This document shows, in pieces, positions 1 through 10,163 of a stretch of DNA of 64,000 nt; positions within the stretch are counted from its first letter, which is position 1; the number at the start of each line of letters is the position of its first letter. The stretch comes from Heteronotia binoei (taxonomy: Eukaryota). The notes beneath the pieces are model-generated. The model was not told where the DNA came from. It was given only the letters and a program-made list of their open reading frames with translations, and ran no database searches. Both the position numbers and the translations under genes were made by a program. The stretch lies in contig NC_083237.1 in the NCBI RefSeq assembly GCF_032191835.1, positions 11,532,001 through 11,596,000 of the forward strand, given 5' to 3'.

Positions 1-734
1 CAGACTGAGGGCCGTAGCTTCCTATTTAGTTAATCCATCTCACGGTGGGTTTTCCTCTTTCCCTATTGGCTTGAACCTTTCTGAGCATTTTTCACTTTTT
101 CAGTGAATTTTGTCTACTCATGACATGATCAAAATACAATGAGTTTGATCATTTTAGCTTGTAGGGAGAACTCAGGCTTGATTTGATCGAATCATGATTA
201 GTCATTATGTATCAGCTGTATAAGCAGGAGACTGCTTAACAAGATCAGCAAAATGACTCATTATAGTCCTTCTGAATGGCTTTTAGATGTATCAGGTTTG
301 GATTTCAGTGTTACATACTTACATTTCACCCTGCATGTAAAGATTTTCATAACACCATTGACCAAGCCTTTTTCTTTTTATTTTGCATCCTTTATCAAAA
401 GTCTGCCAGGTGAGGAGTCAGTACCTTGCATTTAACAAAGAAAGTTCTAATCCTTTAAAGTCTATGTTGAAATAAAATTGTGTTAGTCTTTAATGTGCCA
501 CTATTAAAAAGAGGGGGGGGGAGGAGGAACTCCAGAAGGCAGCCATATCAGTCTATTCCAACAAAAAAAAATAAGCATTTGTAGTCACAAGCTTCGATTT
601 TAGCAGAAGTTGTCAAAGATGGAAGCCCGCTCCATCAGATGCCAATTGATGCAATACACAGTCTCCAGAAAAATAACAATGAATCTTTGAGCGTGATTTT
701 AAAGCATGTCTATAAAGAATCTTTTAAAGAATCT

Positions 735-1290
735 TTTTAAAACATATTTTATTAAAATTTTCTACAGCAACAAATAAACTTCTTAGGGTAATCTCATGTT
801 TTCATACATATAGCCATTAGTTAGAACATTCAGAGAGCTCTCTTTGTTCATAGATAAAAATATATACATCAAAAGTGGCATAACTATCCAATACTATATA
901 TTGTACATCTAGCAAAGTATTGTAGCGCTGTATCCTGTTCTTTTTGCGTCTTACGTTACTAATGCTTTAACACTTACCATAAATGTAACAATTTTACAAT
1001 ATCTGAGATTTTTTTCTTTGGCAAATAAGGTATTCTAATATAGGGTACCGTACAGTGAAAAATTCTGAGTTCTCTGCTTCCATAATAGGTCTGGTCAGGT
1101 CTGTTAATTTATCCATGATGTAGAGTTGCCAAATCTTTGAGTGCCATTGTGTAAGGGTAGGCACCGTGTTTTGTTTCCATTTGGCTGCAATCAAAAATTT
1201 GGTTGCAGACAGTAAGTAAGCTATTCTTTTAGCTTCCAAAGATGTAAGTTTCAAACAGTCTCTGCAATTCAATAGAATAACTTCCCGGAA
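735..1290 (-). mobile_element. L1 LINE 3' fragment (ORF2 C-terminus and tail), degenerate
   Basis: ORF 994-1272(-) reads IAYLLSATKFLIAAKWKQNTVPTLTQWHSKIW..MDKLT, resembling the C-terminal end of reptile L1 ORF2. AATAAA and an A-rich tail lie on the minus strand near 735-760. Confidence 0.6.
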
Positions 1291-1800
1291 CTAAAGGTAA
1301 GTTAACATTAGTAATAACTCTTATTTTCTCTCTAACTTTCTGCCAATAACTATAGATTTTTGGGCACCACAGTCAGCAGTGCACATAGGTGCCAGCCTAT
1401 TGACAATTCTTCCAGCACAGTGGTGAGACATCTCTGTTCACGTATGACAGTTGCCGAATCTTTTAAAAAATCTTTAAGTGTGTGTCTATAAAGTTGTTAA
1501 AAATAGTCAAAGGGACTTCAACAAGTTAGTGAAGCCTAACATTTAGGGAAAATCTAAATGCTTAAAGCTGTTAAATAACTAAACAAGCATGCACCACTAA
1601 TTGGGTCAAAATGTTCTAGGTCTGTGGTCGCATCTTTGATCACAGCTAAACAACATTTTAATTAGATAATCACTGGGACAGAGAATATATCAGGTGAATG
1701 ACCTTGGCTAGGTGGGCCATGTTGCGGCTGTTTACTTCTAGGGTGAAGGGGGTGAATTCATTGAGGGGGAGGATTGGCTAGACAAATATTTCAAATATAA

Positions 1801-2043
1801 CTTTTCCTTCCTTCCTTCCTTCCTTCCTTCCTTCCTTCCTTCCTTCCTTCCTTCCTTCCTTCCTTCCTTCCTTCCTTCCTTCTTTTTTTTGGGGGGAGGA
1901 GATAATGTATGTGAAAAGTTTTAATAAAGGGAATATATGGTAGAGAGATAAATGATGATGATGATGATGAAGAAGATAGATAGATGATAGATAGATAGAC
2001 AGAGAGAGAGAGAGGGAGAGAGAGAGAGATAGACAGACAGAGA
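1801..2043. repeat. Compound microsatellite: (CTTC)n at ~1803-1880, then (GAT)n/(GATA)n/(GA)n at ~1950-2043
   Basis: Directly visible simple repeats. Confidence 0.95.
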
Positions 2044-2053
2044 AGCAAAGACC

Positions 2054-2325
2054 TAGGGCGTTTTCCCACAGAGCTTACCGCGGAGCGACGTCCCTCTTCA
2101 CCGCGCAGCGTCTGCGCGGATTTCCCACCAACTGCTCCGCAGAACCAGGAAGAGCCGCGGCTTTTGCGTCGCTAACGTAAACTGGTTTTTAGCGGTTTAC
2201 ATTTGCGACGCAAAAGGCCCGGCACTTCCTGGTTCTGCGGAGCAGTTGGTGGGAAATCCGCGTAGACGCTGCGCGGTGAAGAGGGACGTCGCTCTGCGGT
2301 AAGCTCTGTGGGAAAACGCCCCTAG
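2054..2325. mobile_element. Long palindromic MITE (PIF/Harbinger-like ends TAGGGCG...CGCCCCTA)
   Basis: ~130-bp arms that are near-perfect reverse complements (gggcgttttcccacagagcttaccgc... / ...gcggtaagctctgtgggaaaacgccc). Superfamily assignment is inference. Confidence 0.75.
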
Positions 2326-2737
2326 ACTCTCAGGGCCACTGGACACATGGTAAGTGCAGGCAAAGCTTCCATTATGGTTTTCGAGCTAGCAAATGGTAGG
2401 TACATTTGTCAAGCTTTTCCAGAGGTATATTTAAAAATGCATCCTCTGAATAGAGAATGGAAGAGAAAGAGAGGAGAGGCAAGGTGGGGGAGAGAGCTGC
2501 ACGCACGTCCAGTAAAACTATGCCTAAATCAAAATAACTTGTGTCTTTGAGCTCATCTGCCAGTGATACAGACAGTGAAGTTGAAAAAAAGGCAAAACAG
2601 GAAAAAAAGGCAGCCTCCCAAAAGTCTGCAAAGAAACAGAAGACCAGTGAAATCTCCAAAGGCACGGCTTCCTCCAAACAAAGTAGCAAAAAGATGAGAA
2701 CATGTTTCAGATTGGTAAAATGAGATATGTGTGTCTG

Positions 2738-3161
2738 TAGGGTTGCCAGGTCTGTGTTGGAAAACACCTGGAGACTTTGGGGGTGGAGCCAGGAGAAGGT
2801 GGGGTTTGGGGTGGGGAGGGGCCTCAGCAGGATACTATGGGGAGGGACAGTGGCTCAGTGGCTTGGTAAGCAGAAGGTCCCAGGTTCAATCCCTGGCAGC
2901 TCCACTAAAAAAGGGTCCAGGCAAAGAGGTGTGAAAAACCTCCGCTTGAGACCCTGGAGAGCCGCTGCCAGTCTGAGTAGACAATACTGACTTTGATGGA
3001 CTGAGGGTCTGATTCAGTAGAAGGCAGCTTCATGTGTTCATATGCCACAGAGTCCACCCTTCAAAGCAGCCATTTTCTCCAGGGGAGCCGATCTCTTCCA
3101 GCTGGAGATCAGTTGTAAAAGCATGAGATCTCCAGGCCTCACCTAGAGGTTGAAAACCCTA
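2738..3161. mobile_element. Non-autonomous hAT-type MITE (TAGGGTTGCCA family) inserted in the SUB1 retrocopy, carrying a nested tRNA-SINE
   Basis: Ends tagggttgcc / gaaaacccta; it splits the SUB1 coding sequence between MRYV and HDFKGK. Confidence 0.75.
2839..3044 (+). mobile_element. tRNA-derived SINE with CR1-type tail (Squam2-like)
   Basis: A/B-box head ggggagggacagtggctcagtgg...ggttcaatccc and tail cttcatgtgttcatatg; same family as 25237, 34344, 47206 and 48238. Confidence 0.8.
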
Positions 3162-4005
3162 GGTGTGCATGATTTTAAAGGCAAAGTCCTAACGGATATT
3201 AGAAAATACTGGATTGATCAAGACAGTGAAACGAAAACCCGGCAGAAAAGGTATTTCCTAAACCCAGAGCAGTGGAAACAGTTGAAGGATCAGATTTCAA
3301 TGCAGTAAAAAAAACTGTAAAAGGTAGAGCCATATCAGAACTCTACAGTTATAGGTTTAAGTAGTCTTTCTAAAGTGGCATTCATTTTCTAAACTTGTTT
3401 TCCAAGCTATTGTACTGTATATCTGTATTGCAAAAAAACAATTTGTAAGAGGAACGCTTTTTAAAATGTACATTAAATGTGTATTCTGAGTGAAGTTACG
3501 AAATGTGTATACTTTTATTAAAACAAGGGGCTATGTTCTCACATCGTGGTGTATTTTTTTTTTTAAAAAAAAAACCACGTTCAGTTAAGAAAAAAGATAC
3601 ATCCTGCATGTGACAAGAAGGGAAGAGCTCCTGTCAACCTTCTGCAGTTTTTAAGCTTGTCCATGTATAATATTCTGAAACATGTAGTGTGCTTTTCACA
3701 CTACAAGTGGAGCCATAACCAGAGCAGGCTATTGCACAACTGCCAGCAATTGCCCGCCTCCCACTCCCTTGGATGAAATGACAAGGGCGGGGAGAACCTA
3801 TTCAGATTCAGTGTGAGAATGCTGACCAATCCGGGAATGGCTGGCCAGCCAGGTCTGGCAGCAGCCACCATCTCTGTCCGTTCTGGTCCACTCAGTGCCT
3901 ACTGTTGGCAGTTCTTTCAGTTCAACAGCATTAACATGATTTTGTAAATTGTTGTTGTCATCGTTGGAAGAAAGGATAGGCGCTTCACCTCTTAGGACAA
4001 GCGTT

Positions 4006-4602
4006 TATCATAATGCCCCTGTATAAATCGATGGTGCGGTCTCATCTGGAGTACTGTGTGCAGTTCTGGTCGCCGCACCACAAAAAGGATATTATAGCAT
4101 TGGAGAAAGTCCAGAAAAGGGCAACTAGAATGATTAAAGGGCTGGAACACTTTCCCTATGAAGAAAGGTTGAAACGCTTGAGACTCTTTAGCTTGGAGAA
4201 ACGTCGACTGCGGGGTGACATGATAGAGGTTTACAAGATAATGCATGGGATGGAGAAAGTAGAGAAAGAAGTCCTTTTCTCCCTTTCTCACAATACGAGA
4301 ACTCGTGGGCATTTGATGAAATTGCTGAGCAGACAGGTTGAAACGGAAAAAAGGAAGTACTTCTTCACCCAAAGGGTGATTAACATGTGGAATTCACTGC
4401 CACAGGAGGTGGTGGCGGCCACAAGCATAGCCACCTTCAAGAGGGGTTTAGATAAAAATATGGAGCAGAGGTCCATCAGTGGCTATTAGCCACAGTGTGT
4501 GTGTGTGTGTATATATATATACATTTTTGCCACTGTGTGACACAGAGTGTTGGACTGGATGGGCCATTGGCCTGATCTAACATGGCTTCTCTTATGTTCT
4601 TA
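4006..4602 (+). mobile_element. CR1 LINE, 5'-truncated, young
   Basis: ORF 4013-4489 is the CR1 ORF2 C-terminus (LEYCVQFWSP, YEERLKRL.LFSLEKRRLRGDMIEVYKIM); 3' end ...ggcttctcttatgttctta. Confidence 0.95.
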
Positions 4603-5519
4603 AGCATGCTCAAACATCAGAGGGGGAAACAGAGACAAAGTGACAGACAAGTCAGGACTTGCTACCCCTTTTTACTTTGATCAACTCTACTGCTGTTCCT
4701 TTGTCCTTGTACTGCTATTCTTAGAGAAGCTTCCTTCCTCCTGACCATCATCTCCCAGCAGTGGTTTCCTCAGTTTCCACCTCCCCCGCCCCCCACCAAT
4801 GTTCTGGCAAACTTTCTAGCAAACTGGCAAGCTTTCCAGGAAACTTCATTATATAAGGGGGACTTAACTGGATCTTCCGGATTATCGTTTAAAACTCTAC
4901 CAACTTACTCCGCGCAGGTTCTGTACTTTCATCTTGCTTCCCCTTCTGTGATCTTGGTTTGCACATTTCCTTTTATACAAAATTGCCAGCAAGCAATCTT
5001 GATGTGATTTAATGTCCTGTATGAACTTCTGCAGCCAGAATTCTGCAGAGAGTAAAGTATCGGCTTAAGAGCTGGGAGACCTTGCTTCACTTCCCCCATT
5101 CCACCATCAAACTTGTTGGGTAATGTTGGACCTTTCTCTTCCTAAATTGTCTCAAATAGTTTTTATGAGGATGAGGGGTAGAATGTCCTGTCCTGAGCTA
5201 CCTAAAGGCGGGGGGGGGGGAGATAAAATGTATTAAATACTAGTAATAAAATTATGACACAATTCTGCGTGAGTGGTGTTTTACCGATGCATTGTTGCCC
5301 CTGGGCACATCAATACAACATAACACAGAAATCGTTATCTGTGGTAATATAAACGACATGGTTTGGGTTTCTGCAGTGTTTTTAAGGCACCCTGATATTA
5401 GGGGAAAGATGGATTGCAAATTAAATCTGGGACAAACTACTTATGATCGATCCTCCTCCGACATAAATCGCAGAAGTATTCCTTGTTCATCTGAGTTCAG
5501 GATGAGCACAATGCGGCAC

Positions 5520-6021
5520 TAGAGTTGCCAAGTCCAATTCAAGAAATATTTGGAGACTTTGGGGATGGAGCCAGGAGACATTGGGGGTGGAGCCATGAGC
5601 AAAGTTGTGACTAGCATAATTGAACTCCAAAGGGAGTTCTGGCCATCACATTGAAAAGGACTGCACACCTTTTAAATGCCTTCCATCCACTGGAAATAAT
5701 GAAGGATAGGGGCACCTTCTCTGGGGGCTCATAGAACCGGACCCCCTGGTCCAATCTTTTTGAAACTTGAAAGGTGCTTTGAAGGGAGGTACTGGATGCT
5801 ATGCTGAAAATCTGGTGCCTCTATCTCAAAACAGCTCCCCCCCCCAAGAGCTCCAGATACACACAGATAAATTCTCCATTATACCCTATGGGAATTGGTC
5901 TCCATAGGGAATAATGGAGTGCCCAGCAGACATTTCCATCCCTATCCTCTCACTTTCTGATGATCCTGAAATGGGGGAAGGGTCTCTGAATCTGGGGATA
6001 CCCTGCCCCCAATTGGGGATT
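5520..6021. mobile_element. hAT MITE (TAGGGTTGCCA family), degenerate
   Basis: Body matches 39406-39935 and 57089-57550 (ggagccaggagac repeats, gaactccaaagggagttc). Confidence 0.75.
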
Positions 6022-6026
6022 AAGGA

Positions 6027-6335
6027 GAGACAAAGCACACACAGTTCATTCACTGAAACTGATCCTCCTCCTTAGCTGCGTATACAATTTCTTGGCAGCA
6101 AATTAATTAATAGCACAACAGGATTAACCGTTTTAACTTCCTGTTTCACTCCAGTGCTTTATCCCAGCAACAGCTTGCTTCATTCAGAAATCCACTCATC
6201 AGATTTACATCACTTCACCCTTGTGTCATTTGTAATGAAGTTTGAGAGTGAAGCAATTAATTTGCTGCCAAGAAATTATATACGCCGCTAAGGAGGATGA
6301 TCAATTTCAGTGGATGAACGGCATGTGTTTATCTC
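6027..6335. mobile_element. Old MITE with ~85-bp terminal inverted repeats
   Basis: 6027-6110 is the reverse complement of 6255-6335 (tcctccttagc.gcgtata.aatttcttggcagcaaattaatt). Confidence 0.7.
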
Positions 6336-6720
6336 GGAGTCCACACTTTTCCAAGGCTTGTTGCCTTAAATAATAAATTGGAGTAATTTCATATTCATGT
6401 TCAACTTGTCTTTATTGAGGAAACATAAATATTTTTGAAATAGCATTTTTTTTAGGCCACTTACACGCAGAGCCTTGTGCTTTTTCTCCTTACTTCACTT
6501 ACCATTTGACTCTGTTGGTTGCCCAACTGGGGATTCGCAACCCTTCTTTATTTCAATGCAATTTTCATATTTTATCTATCGTAATGTTGAACTGTTGAAT
6601 GTTTTGATGTTCACCACCTTGGGGACTTTATTCGCCTTAGAATTTTTTTAAAAAAATGAATAACTAAGAAAAAAAATAAACACACCTCTTTGAGACGATG
6701 GGTGTACAGGAGGAAACTGT

Positions 6721-6985
6721 TACCATTTTCTCACACAGCTTACCTCACAGTCACAATCCTGTTCCCTCAGCAGCATCCGGTCGGATTTCCCAGCATCTGC
6801 GCCGGAGTTACAGGAAGTGCCGTGGCTTTTGCGTAGCAAACATAAACCGCTAAAACCCAGTTTACGTTTGCTACGCGGAAGCTGCGGCACTTCCTGTAAC
6901 TCCGGTGCAGATGGTGGGAAATCCACCGGATGCTGCGGAGTGAACAGGATTGTGACTGTGAGGTAAGCTGTTTGCGAAAACGGTA
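6721..6985. mobile_element. Long palindromic MITE related to 2054-2325
   Basis: Self-complementary arms; the central part (aaaccgctaaaacccagtttacgtt) matches the reverse complement of the centre of 2054-2325. Confidence 0.7.
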
Positions 6986-7517
6986 TGTAATCATTTATTA
7001 AAGTTTGTCAACTTGTTGAACAACTGATACTGCCAGCCTCCCCCCCACCCCGGCCATGCACACACATCTCTCTACTGAATTTGTGGTATTTTTTGAACAA
7101 TTAATTTCACTGGGAATTTCCTCATGAGTCAAAATGGGAATACACTAAATATTACAGCAGTCCCTTGAAAAAAAAAAAAGAGAGTGAAGACATACAGTAT
7201 ATCATGTCTAATGAACAGCCTGAACATTCCCCCCTCCCCCTTATCTTTGAATTCCCTTTCCCTCTTCTGTTTCTTCCTTCTTTCGTTTAAACCTGTATGG
7301 AACCCAATACAGTTATTTAGCTGTAATGGTCCTCTGAACCATTTTCAAATGGTTTACTTCATGGTGGCTTTCATCTCAGTGTTTTGCATAGAACCTCACT
7401 GAATACCCTACAATTTTACATTATAACAGCTGGATGAAATTCTGGAATGTTGAACTCAGAAGGAATAGCGCTTAAAGAGATATTTCCCAGCAGTTGTCTC
7501 AAAGGTGAACAGCCAGT

Positions 7518-8465
7518 ATGGAGAACGAGACCGCATTTGTATCTGAGTTTATCCTTGTGGGCTTCACCAACATCCGATGGCTGCAGATCCTCCTTTTCCC
7601 GCTATTTTTTATCACATACCTCTTGACCTTGGTGGGGAACATCGTCATAATCTCCATAACCTTGCTTGACCATCGCCTCCAGACGCCCATGTATTTTTTC
7701 CTCAGAAACTTCTCCCTTGTGGAAATTGCTTTCACCTCTTCATCTATCCCAAAAGTTTTGTTCAACCTGGCTTCTGGCACCAACACAATTTCTGTGGCTG
7801 GCTGCTTTGCACAATCCTTTTTCTATTTCATTGTGGGCACCACCGAATTCTTCCTCTTGGCTACAATGTCCTATGACCGGTACGTTGCCATCTGTAACCC
7901 CCTTCGCTACACGATGATCATGAACAGTCGATTCTGCACTCAGTTGGTGCTGGGTTCTTGGATCTTCAGTTTTTTGTACCTCATAGTCCCTCTTGTGTTG
8001 TGGTTTCATTTGCCCTTCTGTGGTCCGAATGTCATCAATCACTTTTTCTGTGACTTCTTACCACTAATTAAACTGGCTTGCACAAACACCCAGTCCCTAG
8101 AAATGCTGGATTTTTTCTTGGCCACATTTAGTGTCTTGGGAACCTTAACTGTTACCATCATTTCCTATGTTAAAATTATTTCAAGCATCATGCACATCCC
8201 ATCCTCAGCAGGAAAGCAAAAAGCCTTCTCCACTTGTGCTTCCCACATCACTGTAGTCTTCATCACCTACGGGAGCTGCATTTTCATGTATGTCAAGCCA
8301 GCAAAGAATGGGAGTTTGGACCTCAGCAAGATGGTGGGTGTTCTCAATAATGTTGTGTCTCCTTTGCTGAACCCATTCATCTATAGCCTGAGGAACAAGC
8401 AAGTCAAGGAAGCCTTGAAAGATGCATTTGAGCAGAGAAGAATGTTTTGTAGAATCTACAAGTGA
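7518..8465 (+). CDS. Olfactory receptor, class II/gamma, family-6-like, intact (315 aa)
   Basis: Single-exon 7TM ORF with OR motifs [43 protein letters not shown] and [12 protein letters not shown], plus an N-terminal glycosylation sequon (NET). Confidence 0.96.
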   Translation: MENETAFVSEFILVGFTNIRWLQILLFPLFFITYLLTLVGNIVIISITLLDHRLQTPMYFFLRNFSLVEIAFTSSSIPKVLFNLASGTNTISVAGCFAQSFFYFIVGTTEFFLLATMSYDRYVAICNPLRYTMIMNSRFCTQLVLGSWIFSFLYLIVPLVLWFHLPFCGPNVINHFFCDFLPLIKLACTNTQSLEMLDFFLATFSVLGTLTVTIISYVKIISSIMHIPSSAGKQKAFSTCASHITVVFITYGSCIFMYVKPAKNGSLDLSKMVGVLNNVVSPLLNPFIYSLRNKQVKEALKDAFEQRRMFCRIYK

Positions 8466-9477
8466 TCGTGGTTTCTGACAGAGCTATGGCCAGATCTGTT
8501 TTCCTTCTTTCTAGTACTCTTTGTAGTGTTCTGCTGAGCAGTTGACAATGGTTTCACTCAAAGTTTTGCCCAAAGCAACATCATTGCTGCTGAATCTTCT
8601 AATTGTATAACTCAAGAACCTTCATCCACTTTAATCAATGGAGCAATATTCTTTCCTGTGGGAGGTCACAGGACCAACATTCACTCAGAAAAGCAGGAGA
8701 CTGTATCAATTATCATGTTAACTAGTTCAGCAAAACCAGCAAAATGGTCCATTATTGTCCTTCTGCGTGGGATCTAGATGTGTATGGTTTGGATTTCAGC
8801 TTTACATAATTAAATTTCACCCTCTATTTACTGCTTTTCATGACCCTATTGTCAAGCTTTTATTTATTTAGTCATGCTTGCTTTATCAAAATTTTGCCTG
8901 GTAAGGAGTTAGTACCTTGCATTTGATAAAGTAGGTTCTAGTCCATGATCGTCTATGTTGGAATAGAAGCATGTTCACATCTTTGGTTCCTCTAATTTAG
9001 TATTGCTTGCCCTGCAGTGGCAGAGAAAGGTGTCTCCTAACATCTGTTTTCTGAATTCCTTGAGCTGGAGAAGCCAGAGGCTAAATCTTGCAAAGCATAC
9101 ACTCCAACATCCCTATCAAATCAGCTTCTATGGAGAAGAAATAGCCATAGAGACTTCTCACTGTGTTAGTGATTCTCCATCTGTCTGGCTTGTACCACTT
9201 CAGACTACAGGTAGGATGTCACAGAGCTGACAGCTTTTCCATGTAATTCTCTGCAAACGAAAATCCAGATGTAAAGGAGAAGACTTCTAGACTAATACAC
9301 TCTTTCTGGGCATGGATATTCCCCTTTGCAGAATATGACCCTCCAGCAGAAAAGCTCATGTACAGGTTGACTACCTAAACCCACTCCTAGTTCACCAGAC
9401 ATTGCATTGTGTATAGATGGCAATTTGTGTGCTTTGGGGGAAGTTGGGAGTGAGGGCTCCAACAATTTTATGAGACC

Positions 9478-9740
9478 TAGTTTGGTATAGTGGTTAAGTG
9501 TGTGGACTCTTATTTGGGAGATTCCCCACTCCTCCACTTGCAGCTGCTGGCCTTGGGTCAGCCATAGCTTTCATTGATCTGTCCTTGAAAGGGTAGCTTT
9601 TATAAGAGCTCTCAGTCCTTCCTACCTTATAGGGTGTCTGTTGTGGGGGAGGAAGGCAAAGGAGATTGTAAGTTGCTCTGATACTCTGAGATTCAGAGTG
9701 GATGGTGGGGTGTAAATCCAATGTCTTCTTCTTCTTCTTC
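9478..9740 (+). mobile_element. Squam3-type (Ther1/MIR-derived, CORE) SINE with (CTT)n tail
   Basis: tRNA-like head tttggtatagtggttaagtgtgtggactc, CORE-like body and cttcttctt tail. Confidence 0.8.
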
Positions 9741-10163
9741 CTGCTACCTTCCCAGTTCAGTTCTTTTCTAGAATGACCTGTATACCTCTAGAGCAAGCTG
9801 ACAATAGAATTGTGGTGGCCATGAGTTTAGATGGCTTTAAAAGGGGAGGCTACTAACCTCCACATACAGAATCAATCAGCCTCTTAAAACCAGTGCTAGA
9901 AAGTAACATCAGTGGAGGTCTAGGCCTCTGTTTCATTCTGTTGTCCCTTCAGGATGAATGGTTGATAGTGAATTATACAGTGGTTGACTGTATGTATCCC
10001 AGGTTTGATCCAGCAGGCCTCTTCTTATACTCTTAAGTTGTTCATCTATATATGTGAACCACGCTGAGCCCAGCTGTCAGTAAGGGTGGTCAAAATTAAA
10101 TTAATTTAATAAGTATACAAAAAATAATGTAGATATTCTTGCAGTAACACAGAATGTAGTGAT

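Larger units (their letters stand above)
2520..3320 (+). pseudogene. SUB1: Processed pseudogene of SUB1/PC4 (transcriptional coactivator p15); 3'UTR-like sequence continues to ~3575
   Basis: Translates MPKSK*LVSLSSSASDTDSEVEKKAK...KKQKT...SSKQSS/(frameshift)DENMFQIGKMRYV, then after an insertion (2738-3161) VHDFKGKVLTDIRKYWIDQD..(frameshift)[20 protein letters not shown]..AVKKL*. This is collinear with vertebrate PC4. It has no introns, an in-frame stop at codon 6 and frameshifts. Confidence 0.93.

Noticed and set aside
1791-2069. ORF with RKEG repeats
   Set aside because: It is a translation of the (CTTC)n and (GA)n microsatellites.
2839-2910. tRNA genes (also ~25370-25438, ~9480, ~61040)
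   Set aside because: These are degenerate tRNA-like heads attached to SINE bodies and tails.
4013-4489. 158-aa ORF as a host gene
   Set aside because: It is the CR1 ORF2 C-terminus in a 5'-truncated copy.
7740-8402. Antisense ORFs within OR genes (also 19199, 26573, 35681, 49566, 59633)
   Set aside because: These are expected shadow ORFs on the opposite strand of coding sequence.
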